Assembly: GCA_965261735.1 (NCBI GenBank)
Contig: OZ253470.1
Location: forward strand, 1,184,001 to 1,248,000
DNA length: 64,000 nt
From: Alphaproteobacteria bacterium
GTDB taxonomy: Bacteria > Pseudomonadota > Alphaproteobacteria > SHVV01
Reading direction: 5' to 3'
A program made the translations under genes and the position numbers. Positions 1-12,668 of the stretch are shown in pieces (positions within the stretch are counted from its first letter, which is position 1; every line of letters starts with the position of its first letter). The notes beneath the pieces were generated by a model. That model ran no database searches, had not been told where the DNA came from, and saw only the letters and a program-made list of their open reading frames with translations.

Positions 1-612
1 GGGGAGCCGGAATAGAATGTCCGTTCGCCGATCCTCACGAAACCATGCCAGTCGCCGAGGGCGAGGTAATCGAGCCCGGCCGAGGCCGCCCGGTCGGGCG
101 GGATCGTCTCTGCGTCGTCGTCTTCGCTTCCGAAGGTCACGACGCCACCGTGCGCCAAGCCGATTCTCAGATGGCCTTCGGGAGTTGAGCAGCCGGGCAT
201 CCAGTCGGTCAGATCACGGCCAGGAAAACGGCGCGGCGCGGGCGATGGAAGGAGCATCGCTCCGGGTGCGATTTCAAGCGGCTCGGGCACATCGACCAGA
301 TGCACGCAGCCGGGAGCCTGAGCGCGAATACGGTCCCAGAGCGCTTCAGCGGCAAGGCTGTCGTGGTTTCCTGGAATTATCCACCACCGGATTCCCTCCG
401 CCGCGCCCATCGCGGCGAGCGCCTGTCGCCAGACCCGATCCGAGGGCGTCTCGCTATCGAAGAGATCGCCGACGATGAACACATGGTTGGCTCCATGTTG
501 CAGCGCGGCAGCCGACAGACTGTGGATCGCTGCATGACGGGCCTCCACAAGACGACCGCGAATATCTTCGGGGAGAGTGCCGAACCGGCGCCCAAGGTGA
601 AGGTCGAATGAA
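1..612 (-). pseudogene. Mre11/SbcD-like metallophosphoesterase (DNA repair exonuclease), 5' end disrupted next to IS1595; runs off the window
   Basis: Manual minus-strand translation (absent from the ORF track): DLHLGRRF...GDLFD...IPGNHD...GLAHG...YLALGDWHG...FYSGSP, the five Mre11/SbcD motifs. Start codon missing and FIH(SS)DLH frameshifted at ~605. Confidence 0.85.
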
Positions 613-1719
613 CCTTGCCTATCCGGTTAACGCCCATGACCGCTACATGTAGGGTGCCGCCACTCTCCCGAGTAAAGCTCGGCATAGGTTGGAGCAGAGG
701 TGTCGCCCGCGATGCCGAGCAATGAGCGGAAGGCGTTGAACGGGTAGAACCGCCTGTTGAAGCGGAAGGTGAACTCGTTGAGGTAGGCTTGTAGGTGCTG
801 GTGGCTAACGCCGTGATGGATACCGATCAGCCACGTCTTCAGGTTGGCGAAAACCAGATGGATGATCGGCAGGTATTGCTCGGCAACCTCTGGATCACCA
901 CACTCGGCAACAGCGAAGTGCTCATAGCCGCGCTTACCGAGGCCAGCATAGCCGCTCCAATCGTCAGTAACGATCAGCGATCGCGGCGCGACGGTGCTCT
1001 CGACGAACCCACAGAGCGACTCGGCGCTACGGTCGAGCACGACGGCGAGCCGAACGCGTCCGGCATAGCGTCCGTCTTTCCGGTTGTCGAGCTTGGTGCC
1101 CGGCTTTCGATGACGCACCTCGATGGCACAGGAGACGGGAACCTTGTGGTGAACACCACGGCCTTCCCCACGCGTTCGCCCGCCAACCCAGGTTTCGTCC
1201 ACCTCAACATGGTTCTTGGGCTGTCCACCGATCCTGTCTTGGTTGGGCCGCACCATGCCCGAGCGGAGCTTGTGGAGAATTTGAAAGGCCGTCTCGTAGC
1301 GCGAAAGACCAAGTTGCCGCTGAAACTGCACGGCGGACATGCCGGGCGTCTGACTGGCGACCAGATAAGCGGCCCAGAACCAGACGTTCAGCGGAGTGTG
1401 GCTACGCTCCATCACTGTTCCCACCGTCAGCCCGGTGTTCTGGCGGCACTTGCGGCAGCGCAGGACGCCAGGGCGGTTTTCAAAGTGGAACGGCTCTCCC
1501 GCCGTGCCGCAGTGCGGGCAGGCAAAGCCGTCTCCCCAGCGGGCTTTCTCCAGGTAGGCGGCGCAGGCCGCATCATCGGGGAAAAGTCGCTGGAACTCGG
1601 GTAGCGAATGCGGGAATGGGAGATCGGCGCGGTCGAGAACATCCATGGCGCGCTCCCCTATATCCGGGTTGCGCCCATTCTAGCCCTAGTGGGTGTGGGT
1701 GTAACCCGGATAGGCAAGG
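613..1719 (-). mobile_element. IS1595-family element, full length (copy 1)
   Basis: Terminal IRs CCTTGCCTATCCGG at both ends; no target duplication seen. Confidence 0.92.
627..1646 (-). CDS. IS1595-family (ISXO2-like) transposase
   Basis: CPHC...CRKC Zn ribbon, HTH region, VEVDETWVGG, TDDWSGY, YLNEFTFRFNRR. Confidence 0.92.
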   Translation of the reverse strand: MDVLDRADLPFPHSLPEFQRLFPDDAACAAYLEKARWGDGFACPHCGTAGEPFHFENRPGVLRCRKCRQNTGLTVGTVMERSHTPLNVWFWAAYLVASQTPGMSAVQFQRQLGLSRYETAFQILHKLRSGMVRPNQDRIGGQPKNHVEVDETWVGGRTRGEGRGVHHKVPVSCAIEVRHRKPGTKLDNRKDGRYAGRVRLAVVLDRSAESLCGFVESTVAPRSLIVTDDWSGYAGLGKRGYEHFAVAECGDPEVAEQYLPIIHLVFANLKTWLIGIHHGVSHQHLQAYLNEFTFRFNRRFYPFNAFRSLLGIAGDTSAPTYAELYSGEWRHPTCSGHGR

Positions 1720-1827
1720 AAGAATGGATGAAGCGAAACTCAGTCATTCGTCTCAAACTCCGGAACTGCAAGATCAAGCCCACAGCGGATGGAATATACG
1801 GGACGGCCACGGAGAGGGAGATGGGCA

Positions 1828-1941
1828 ATTAACAAAATCGCGCCTGACCATCTGGCGCGCGAGACGGTCGTCTACATCCGGAATTCGACGCACGACCAGT
1901 TACTGCACAACCATGAGAGCCGCCGTCGTCACAACGGCCTC
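1828..1941 (+). pseudogene. N-terminal remnant of a large serine recombinase
   Basis: NKIAPDHLARETVVYIRNSTHDQLLHNHESRRR matches the YxRxS...Q start of large serine recombinases; no start codon, truncated. Confidence 0.6.
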
Positions 1942-2044
1942 CCGATTGCCCGGACCGGTTCCCGAAGACCTTCACCGCCTACGGGACGAGCGGTAGAAAG
2001 GAGCACCGATACGAATTTCCGTCATCGGAGGAAAGCGATTCGGC

Positions 2045-2285
2045 ATGACATATCCGTTTTCACGACCCGATGCCGGCGTGCGCATTTCTGCGACGGTCAA
2101 ATGGTACGACCCGGCAAAGGGGTACGGTTTCCTCGTTCCCGGCGACGGCTCGCCCGACATTTACTGCGGGAAAGCGGCATTGGCAGCGGTCGGTCTCGAT
2201 ACCCTTCTCGCCGGGGCGACGGTCGCCTGCGAGACGGCGCCGGGCCGGCGCGGGCCTGAGGTCTCCCGGATCCATGCCGTCGAGC
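2045..2285 (+). pseudogene. Cold-shock domain protein, 3' end fused to a truncated IS256
   Basis: [15 protein letters not shown] (RNP1) and GRRGPEV motif, then reads into the antisense strand of IS256. Confidence 0.8.
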
Positions 2286-3453
2286 CGTTCGATCGGGTTT
2301 GTGGAGTGCAATTTCTGGCGGTGCTCCCTGGGGAAGCTCATGTAGGCGAGGACGTCGTGCTCGGCTTCGTCCATGAGAACTGCCAGCTTGGGCACCTTGG
2401 GCCTGAGCTGGTCGGCGACCTGGCGCCACTGGACCTTCGCGCTGTCGGCGTCCTCCTGGGCGAAGGCGGAGACGACGCGCCGGCCCTGGCGGCCGGCATG
2501 GGCCAGCAGGTTGCGGGCGAAGTGCACGCGGCAGTGCTGCCATGTGGCGCCGAGGATCCGGGTCGCGGCGGCCTTCAGGCCCTTGTGGTCGTCGGAGATC
2601 ACCAGCTTCACGCCGCGCAGCCCGCGCCGGGCCAGCGAGCGCAGGAACTCGGTCCAGAAGGTCTCGGCCTCCGACGCGCCGATCGCCACGCCCAGGACCT
2701 CGCGGCGGCCTTGGTCGTTGACGGCCACAGCCACGGTCACCGCGACCGAGACGATGCGTCCGGTCTGGCGCACCTTCACGTAGGTGGCGTCGAGCCACAG
2801 ATAGGGCCAGTCGCCCTCCAGCGGTCGATCGAGGAAGCCGGTGACCTTATCGTCGATCTCGCCGCACAGCCTGGAGACCTGGCTCTTGGAGGCGCCCGAC
2901 ATCCCCATCGCCTGAACCAGATCGTCGACCGAGCGGGTCGACACCCCCTGGATGTAGGCCTCCTGGATCACCGCAGCCAGCGCCTTCTCGGCCATCCGCC
3001 GCGGCTCCAGGAAGCCCGGGAAGTAGCTTCCCTTCCTCAGCTTCGGGATCTTCAGCTCGACCGTGCCGGCCCGCGTCTCCCAGGACCGGTCGCGGTAGCC
3101 GTTGCGATGGGTGATACGATCCGCCGAGCGCTCGCCGTGCCCGGCGCCGGTCAGGCCCTCAACCTCCAGTGCCATCAGCCGCTCGGCCGTGAAGCCGATC
3201 ATCTCGCAAAGCAGATCGGCATCGGAGCTCTTCTCCAAAAGCGCGCGCAGGGTCATCATGTCCTGGGTCATCGTGGTTCTCCTTCGGGTCAGGTTGGTTT
3301 GCACTAGCCCAACCCTAAACCGGAACCGCGATGGCCTCCGCTGTGGATAGCCGGCTTGCCTACGCCAGACTCTCGGCGGTCGCTACGGCAAGCCGCCTAC
3401 CCACAGCTAACAGAGGCTCCAACAACTCCTACACCACGTCCTGGGACACGACC
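2282..3453 (-). mobile_element. IS256-family element type A, copy 1; transposase (ATG 3271) truncated at 3' end
   Basis: Near-identical to 14214-15664 and 19944-21377. Keeps IR GGTCGTGTCCC but breaks after TNPIERL; second IR lost. Confidence 0.92.
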
Positions 3454-3530
3454 AACTCGCGTGACACAAAGGGCGCTGATGCGTCATGGTATTGCGACAA
3501 ACGCTGCCTATAATTTCATTCATAGACATT

Positions 3531-3588
3531 CGACGCAGGAGCATATCCATGAGAACGAGCGACGCAGGAGCATATCCATGAGAACGAG
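3531..3588 (+). repeat. 29-bp perfect tandem duplication covering the RBS and start codon of the EF-hand gene
   Basis: CGACGCAGGAGCATATCCATGAGAACGAG at 3531-3559 and 3560-3588. Confidence 0.95.
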
Positions 3589-4063
3589 AACGAAGGCGCT
3601 GATTGGCGTGGGCATCGCTGAAGCTATCGGCAGTATCGCACTCGCAGGCGCGAGCTACGCGGAACGCGGTCATGGCCGCATGGGTTTCTTCGCCAAAGGA
3701 CAGTTCGGACTCATGGCGATGGCAATAATCGAGTCCATCGACACCGATGGTGACGGCAAGCTCAGCCAAGCGGAGATCGACAAGGTGCGCAATGACCGTC
3801 ATGCGGCCCACGACGGCGACAGCGACGGCAACCTCAGCCTCGATGAATTCGCCGGCGTCTGGCATGAGACCACGCGTCCGCTGACCGTGCGCGCCTTCCA
3901 GATGCTGGATACGGACGGCAACGCTGTCATCTCGCGCGCGGAGTACGACAGGCCGTTGGCCAACATCGTCGAGCGGCTGGACCGCAACGACGACAGCGGG
4001 CTGTCGATGAGTGACCGATGGCGCCACCGCCGCGGGGCTCAAAAGCGAAACAATGCCAATTAG
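3578..4063 (+). CDS. Exported EF-hand calcium-binding protein
   Basis: Signal-peptide-like N-terminus; four loops DTDGDGKLSQAE, DGDSDGNLSLDE, DTDGNAVISRAE, DRNDDSGLSMSD; AGGAG RBS. Confidence 0.85.
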   Translation: MRTRTKALIGVGIAEAIGSIALAGASYAERGHGRMGFFAKGQFGLMAMAIIESIDTDGDGKLSQAEIDKVRNDRHAAHDGDSDGNLSLDEFAGVWHETTRPLTVRAFQMLDTDGNAVISRAEYDRPLANIVERLDRNDDSGLSMSDRWRHRRGAQKRNNAN

Positions 4064-4231
4064 GCGGCATGCGCCGGCCCTCCAGGTGCGGGCTATTGCC
4101 TCCCGTAGCCCACACCGCCAGCCATCGGCTCTTGCACAGAACGCAACATCAATTCGATTTCGGACAATCGATTGCGGCCGATTGCGGATACTCCGGCCCA
4201 ACCGGCAACTCCAATAACCCTGGAGGTTCAA

Positions 4232-4681
4232 ATGTTCGGCAATCCCTCTTTGAACACCCGCATCGCCGTCGGCAAAACGCTCGGCGCCCTGTTCGGCCTT
4301 GCGGGATTTATCTACCTCACTGTCTATCCGGTCGGCGATGAAAGCCTGCTGCGCTGGGGAATATTGCTCTGGTACACGACGCTGGGCGCGATCATCGGCG
4401 TGTTCGGCGTCTACACGTGGCACCCCGTGCTGAAATTACCGATGCCGTGGTGGATTCTCGCACCCCTTTTGGGGGCGTGGATGAACTTCGTACTAACGTT
4501 CTTTGCCTATGACACGCTGGCCGCCGCCATGGCGTCCGTGTTCGGTCCGGAGGGCATCTTGTCTTCCCCGTTCTGGTTTGTCGCCGAGGGCGCCATTGTC
4601 GGGCTCATCATCGGCTTCGCCGCCACACGGTTCGGTGGCGAGGGACCCGAGACCGTTGCCCAGACCGCGGTCGTCCGGTGA
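4232..4681 (+). CDS. Hypothetical membrane protein (~4 TM)
   Basis: GGAGG RBS before ATG 4232; several hydrophobic segments. Confidence 0.75.
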   Translation: MFGNPSLNTRIAVGKTLGALFGLAGFIYLTVYPVGDESLLRWGILLWYTTLGAIIGVFGVYTWHPVLKLPMPWWILAPLLGAWMNFVLTFFAYDTLAAAMASVFGPEGILSSPFWFVAEGAIVGLIIGFAATRFGGEGPETVAQTAVVR

Positions 4682-5512
4682 ATCGGGGACTACTCGCGCT
4701 GATCTGCCAGGGCAACGCGTTTGTAACGTGAACGGGCAAAACGCGGCCGTTCAGGGGACCGGCTAAAGGCCGGCTTTGCCGGGCCGTCAAGGCGCGTGAA
4801 CGGAAAACCTGCACTCGATCGCCTTATTCGTGCGCCTCGCATCCTCCGCGCAATCGACGATCGTGCGGCCGTAGTTCTGCCAGATGTGGGCGCTCCAGCC
4901 GCTGGTCGGATCGTGGAGCGGCACGATCTGGAACTGCTGCTCGAGCAGCACGCCGAGTACAAAGAAGGCTGGCACGGTAACGGCCAGCCCGAGCACCGAC
5001 AATCGAAAACGATACCGGCGCTGCGTGGCTGCCCAACGGTGGAAGTCGGCCGTGACTTTCCGATCACCCTCTTCGAGCAATTTCGCGGCTTCGCCTGTTA
5101 CAGTTTTATGCGCAGCCAGCACCTTATCGAGCGCGGCCCAGGTATTCTTCGCCGCGGACGCGAACTTCTCCATGGCAAGGGTAAGCTTGTCGACTTTCCC
5201 ACTTAGCTCGGCCAAATTCACGTCCGGTTCCTTGCCGAGGCGCGCGCAAATGCGGCGCGTCAGATCGAAGACGTTTTCAAGCGAGGCGAATTCCTCGGCC
5301 GGGACGTGTTCCGGATCGGGGTCGCCCCCAGCACCGCCACCCGGCAGATCCTTCGCGCCATCACTTTCAGCTGGCTGGGATGGGTCGCACGTGTTCGCCG
5401 CGAGGCTCTCCGATGCTGTCTCCCCGCGATCCTCACCCGGGACTTTCCCGGCGGGCGCCGCGCTTCTCGGACCGCCAATTGCCGAAGGACGTGTCCATCC
5501 GGCCGGCTTTAG

Positions 5513-6885
5513 CAGGCTGCTGAAAAAGTCATCATTGCCGAGCCTTGAACTCGGATTCATCGCCGAAATGAAATGAGATTTCGTGTCTTAGGGTGAAACC
5601 GTCTTCAATCTCGACCGATCCGATGCCCTGGGCTTCGTCCAGTTCGATGATCTGCCACTTTGCGGTCAGCGGCGTGCCGGCATCGCCCGTCATGTTGGCG
5701 CCTCCGCCAGCAGTCTGGGTAGTCGGACGAGGTTGTAGGCGGCCAAGGCCAGGGTGAACGAAGCGTCGACCCGGTGGCGGCCCCGGAATTTGGTCTTGCT
5801 CAATCCCGCGCTCGTCTTGACCCAGCCGAAGACCTCCTCGATGCGCTTGCGGCAACGTTGGCTGACGCCGTAACCGGGATGGCGCGTCGTGCGCCCGTCT
5901 ATCTTGGTCTTGCGCCGCTTGCCGGTCTTGGTGACGTGGTCCTGGACGGCGATATGGGGGGTCACCTTGCGGTGCCGCAGTTCCTCGACAAAATCCGCGA
6001 CGTCAAAACCCTTGTCCCCGCCCACCGTGATCCGACGCCGCCCGCCTCTACTCTCCACCGGGCGATGCCTGTCGATCAGATCAAGGGCGGCTTCGCGTTC
6101 CGCCGTGCCCGACGCAATGGTCACGCCGCCGCCGACTGCCAGACCATGGCGGTTCTCCGTCAGCGCATGGCCCATGTAACACAGCTTGCTTTCCCGGCCA
6201 TTACCCTTGCGATAAAGCCGGGCGTCCGGATCAGTGGTGCTTGCATGGGTCGCGTTCGAGCGTTTCTCGCCATGAAAATCCCGCGCGGCGTTGCGCCCCG
6301 ATCCCCCGTCGCCATCGTCCTCACCTTTGGGACGAAAGCTCTTCATCGACGCCCAGGCCTCGATCAATGTTCCGTCTACCGAAAAATGATCCCGGCTCAA
6401 TAGTCCCCCTACCTTGTGGTGCTGGATAACCCCCGCAAGCAGCTGCCCCGAAACCTCCGCCTCCAGAAGACGGTCCCGGTTGTGGCAGAACGCGCTGGCG
6501 TCCCACACGCCATCGTCCAGCCCAAGCCCCACAAACCAGCAAAACAGCATGTTGAAGTTTAGCTGCTCCATCAGCTGACGCTCCGAGCGGATCGAATAAA
6601 ACGCCTGCAACAGTAACGCTCGAAGAAGCTTCTCCGGCGGGATCGATGGGCGACCCATGTGGGAATAAAGCGTCTCGAACTCCGAAGATAGAGACCCCAA
6701 TACGTCGTTCACGATCTCACGGATCAGACGCAGCGGATGATCATCCGGAACACGCTCTTCCAAGTCTACGTAGCTGAATAAATTGCCACTGCTTTGATCT
6801 CGACCCCGCATGCCATCCTCCATCACTCGAAGAAATCACAGAATCATGTCACAATTGCAAAGGCGAGGACTTTTTCAGCAGCCTG
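5513..6885 (-). mobile_element. IS5-family element, complete
   Basis: Perfect 18-bp IRs CAGGCTGCTGAAAAAGTC; 4-bp target duplication TTAG (5509-5512, 6886-6889). Confidence 0.92.
5690..6811 (-). CDS. IS5-family DDE transposase
   Basis: RVPDDHPLR, GRPSIPPE, SVDGTLI, GDKGFD, RKRIEEVFGW motifs. Confidence 0.9.
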   Translation of the reverse strand: MRGRDQSSGNLFSYVDLEERVPDDHPLRLIREIVNDVLGSLSSEFETLYSHMGRPSIPPEKLLRALLLQAFYSIRSERQLMEQLNFNMLFCWFVGLGLDDGVWDASAFCHNRDRLLEAEVSGQLLAGVIQHHKVGGLLSRDHFSVDGTLIEAWASMKSFRPKGEDDGDGGSGRNAARDFHGEKRSNATHASTTDPDARLYRKGNGRESKLCYMGHALTENRHGLAVGGGVTIASGTAEREAALDLIDRHRPVESRGGRRRITVGGDKGFDVADFVEELRHRKVTPHIAVQDHVTKTGKRRKTKIDGRTTRHPGYGVSQRCRKRIEEVFGWVKTSAGLSKTKFRGRHRVDASFTLALAAYNLVRLPRLLAEAPT

Positions 6886-6942
6886 TTAGTGCTTCATTAG
6901 CCCCAGGATCGCGATTGCCTGCCAATTGTTCAAGTTTCTCCG

Positions 6943-8704
6943 TCACAACGTTTTTCCACCGAAGGGTAGTTTGAATTGCGGCCACACCCGCTTTGCGTTG
7001 GCCTTTTCCGCGCGTTCTTTGCGGATGACGAAAGGGTTGGGATCAGCGAGGTCGCGGGAATCCCAACGGCGCCAGTAGCGGGCGTGATGAAGATGGAGTG
7101 CATCTCTCGGCATGTCCTTGGGCGAGGCGATGATGTATTGGCGATCGGGGCCAAGGGTCATGAGTTCATCGGGGGTGATCAGGCGCTCGCGCACCAGGGC
7201 GCGGGAATCGCCGGCTTGCCATTGCGTGTTGGCGGTGACGATGCGGTTCTCGGCGATGGTGCCGGAACGGTTTTCGGTCCGGGCCTCGAAGGTGGCGGTG
7301 CCGATGGCCTTGGAAAGTTCCTCGGCGCCCTCGGCGTCGGTGCGCGGGAAGCCCAGGATCTGGACCAGTTCGGCCAGATGCAGGAGGGTCTTGCGGTGCT
7401 CCTTGCCCCAGGTCGAATCGAGGGCCGAGATCGACTGGGCGAAGCACCAGAAGTGGACGCCCTTGCCGGCGGCCATGGTGTAGCCGTCCATGACCGGCTT
7501 GAGGTAGCCAAGCCGCGGCATCTCGTCGATGACGATAAGAAGATCGCGCTCAAGCGGTTTGATACCGGCGACGGCGTTGGGGATGGTGACCCACAGGCGC
7601 AGCCAGCCCTTGACGTGCTCGATGGTCTCTTCCGGCGCAACGACGAAGAGGTCGGTATCGCCCTCCGCCAGGATCAGGGGATCGAAGCTGGAGGTTTGCG
7701 TATGGGCGAGCAATTCAGGGTAGTTCAGGAAGGCGAGCTGGTTGGCGATGGTCATGAAATTGCTGCCGCCTTCCTCATCGCCGACCTGGGCCTGGCGCTC
7801 AACCGCGATATGGGTGAGCCCGCCGGCGAAGCGGTCCATTGAGGCCACCCCCTCGGCAAAATCATCCCGTTCCTTCGGTGGCATCGAGAGCATCTCGTAA
7901 AGGGTGGACAGGTTTTGCCTCTCGGCCGGTTCCTGGAAACGGACCCATGCCATGTAACCCGCAACGATAGCGCGCGCGGACTCATAGAAATGCTTGCCGG
8001 CGTTATGAGCATCAGGACGCGGCGGCGTGAGCAGAGCGTCCAGGAGGACATAGATGTCGCGCACGGCGAGGCTGTCATCGTCTCGAATAAAGTCGAGCGG
8101 GTTGTAGAGCACGCTTTCGACATCCGGCAGATGGGTTTCCTTGAACTTCTTGTGCTCGGCCACCACCCCGAAGGGATCGATCAGCAGAGCCCGGCGGCCC
8201 AGCTCGCGCCTGCGCCGCGCGGCGATGCACCAGAGCTCGCCGCGCGGGTCGATGGTGACGGTCCCCCCGGTCGTCGGGCGACAGCAGGTTTAGGGCGATG
8301 AGAGCGCCCTTGCCGGCGCGGGGCGGGGCCACGGTGATGGCGGAGCCTTCCAGGGACCAGCCGATCAGCTTGGCATTGCGGCCCGCGCCCCACTGGCCGA
8401 GCAGGATGCCCCGGCGTTTGGCGAGGCGGCGCAGAGACCTTCGGCCGAGCAGCTTCGACCTGCCGTAGAGATCGGACTCGGCGCGCTGGCGGCGGTTGCC
8501 ACTCTGAAGGTATTTGAGGCTGTGGATCAGGACCTCGAACCACGGCAGGAAAGAAATCGCGAAGCCCGGGGGCGGCACGGCGATCAAGGCCAGTTCATGG
8601 CCGCTCAGGCGGGTGAGCCGGTCGACAAACCCTAAGAAGGAGGAGGCCTCGAGCACGGGCCGGACGATCTCCATCCAGATCGACGCGGCGCAAATCATCA
8701 TTGC
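6943..8704 (-). pseudogene. VirD4/TraG-family type IV coupling protein, frameshifted (~8265) and 5'-truncated
   Basis: TM segment and Walker A (APPRAGKG) in one frame; VTIDPRGEL, YNPLDFI, IDEMPRLG and FAQSISAL in another. 5' end replaced by the IS1380 remnant. Confidence 0.85.
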
Positions 8705-9645
8705 CGCGCTGTAGATCCGCCGCATCGTCGCGATGATCCGCGAACGCTGGCCCAACGTCGACATCCTGCTGCGCGGCGACCGCGGCTTCGCGCGCGAGAA
8801 CCTGATGCGCTGGTGCGAGGGAAATGCCGTGGATTACGTCTTCGGCCTGGCGCGCAACGATGTCCTGCTCAAGAAAGCACAGAGGGTCCGCGGCAAGGCC
8901 GCCATGGCCATGATCGAAACCGGCCAGCCGGTCCGCGCCTACGGCGATTTTCACCATATGACCAAATCACGATCTTGGGCCCGGCCACGGCGCGTCATCG
9001 CCAAGGTCGAACACAAGCCCGGACACGAACAGCGCTGCCGCTTCCTCGTCACCTCCCTGGATCGCCACCAAGTCCCGCCCAGGGAACTCTACGAAGACAC
9101 CTATTGCCCACGCGGAGACATGGAAAACCGCATCAAGGACTGCCAACTCGATTTGTTTGCCAATCGCATGAGCGCGCACGCCTACAAAGCCAACCAGCTC
9201 CGCCTGCTCCTCGCCGCTTTCGCCTATGTCCTCATCGACGGTATCCGCGTGTCGCCCTGAAAAAGACGGCCCTGGCCAAGGCCGTCCCCAATACCATCCG
9301 CCTGAAACTTCTGAAGCTCGGCGCCAAAGTCATCAACTCCGTGCGACGCATCAAGCTCTCCCTGCCCGATGCCTGCCCTTACAAAGACCTCTTCTTCAAG
9401 GCCCGCGCCGCCCTGGCGCCCCCATAATCGCAACTCTCCACCGCAACAGGGAAAAGGGGGCAACGCTGCGGCGGCGATGACTCCTGCATGCCCGAAAGCC
9501 ACCAAAACTCAAATCATACGCGGAGCCTGCCCAACTATCTCGGCCAGAATATCCATCTCAAAGCCCGACCCACCACACCGACACTCAAATCAGCCCAATC
9601 ACTCTCAAATGCACCGTCTCAAAAACGCCTCGCGAGAAGTCCGGG
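8705..9645 (+). mobile_element. IS1380-family remnant (3' part of transposase, frameshift ~9250, probable right end)
   Basis: IRERWPNVDILLRGDRGF, YCPRGDMENRIKD, ANQLRLLLAAFAY, TIRLKLLKLGA; ends GAGAAGTCCGGG. Confidence 0.82.
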
Positions 9646-9716
9646 ATATATCGTTGTGTTCGGGAGCGATATCCTCGCTATTTGTGCTTTACAGCCCTTC
9701 CGCGAACACCATATTG

Positions 9717-10151
9717 ATGGGTATGGAAACGATCCGCCTCTACACCAAAGTGCGTCGCCTACTTAAAGGAGCAAACCTCCGGCCAACGCAGCAGCGCTTG
9801 GCGCTCGCACGGCTGCTCATGGATGGGACGCACCGACATGTCACCGCCGAGCAGCTCCACGGCGACGCAGTGGCGGCTAACATCAAAGTATCGTTGGCGA
9901 CGGTCTATAACACTCTCCACCAATTCACTAACGCAGGTTTGTTGCGTGAAGTCGTCGTAGAGCCGGGCCGTTCCTATTTCGACACGAACACGTCCGACCA
10001 CCACCACTTCTTCAATGTCGACTGCGGCGAATTGATCGACATTTCGGGTGAAGAGTTCAGTGTAGGGAAGCTTCCGCCCACGCCCTATGGAACTCAGATC
10101 AGCCGGATCGACATCATCGTCCAAATCCGAGAAGACGAAGATCCGGCTTAG
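9717..10151 (+). CDS. irr: Fur-family iron response regulator Irr
   Basis: LRPTQQRLAL, VSLATVYNTLHQFT.AGLLRE, SYFDTNTSDHHHF (Irr HHH motif). Start is 9717 or 9723. Confidence 0.85.
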   Translation: MGMETIRLYTKVRRLLKGANLRPTQQRLALARLLMDGTHRHVTAEQLHGDAVAANIKVSLATVYNTLHQFTNAGLLREVVVEPGRSYFDTNTSDHHHFFNVDCGELIDISGEEFSVGKLPPTPYGTQISRIDIIVQIREDEDPA

Positions 10152-10185
10152 GATCGTTTTGTGGTCTCAAGCGGATATTTTTGTG

Positions 10186-10202
10186 TTTGGAACGCTTCCA
10201 AT
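10186..10202. promoter_or_regulatory. Putative Irr-binding iron control element (ICE) upstream of katG
   Basis: TTTGGAACGCTTCCAAT, 15/17 match to TTTRGAAYNRTTCYAAA; palindrome TTGGAA-N3-TTCCAA. Confidence 0.6.
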
Positions 10203-10415
10203 TCATTGACTCGGTATTCGCCGTTTCCCATATTCACCGATGCGGACCGGCGATCCCAATTCTGAGCGCGTTGCAACCGCAATTTTGATACGGGAATCAG
10301 CCAAACAAATTGTGGGAAGATGCCACGCCGTCCTTGAAGGGAACTCGAACCCGACAGAATTTAAAAGACTCATATGGTGGCTAGAACCAGGCACTATTTG
10401 GGGAATGTCAGCTAA

Positions 10416-12641
<2,226 letters not shown>

Positions 12642-12668
12642 TCCCAACGGAAAGGTCTTCGAGGGCTT

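Larger units (their letters stand above)
4787..6946 (-). pseudogene. Hypothetical protein with C-terminal TM segment, downstream of virD4, split by IS5
   Basis: Removing the IS and one TTAG restores the frame VTEKLEQLAGNRDPGANEAL|KPAGWTRP...; GTG start overlaps the virD4 stop (GTGA). Confidence 0.7.

Noticed and set aside
17-611. Plus-strand ORFs 17..478 and 300..611
   Set aside because: Antisense shadows of the SbcD-like gene on the minus strand.
2045-3307. 420-aa ORF that looks like a long cold-shock fusion protein
   Set aside because: Only the first ~80 aa are CSD; the rest is the antisense frame of IS256.
3531-3588. Direct repeats considered as a CRISPR array
   Set aside because: Two abutting copies with no spacer and no cas genes; I saw no CRISPR array anywhere in the window.
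9369-9716. Long N-terminal extension on Irr in the ORF track
   Set aside because: It is the non-coding end of the IS1380 remnant; Fur homology starts near 9717.
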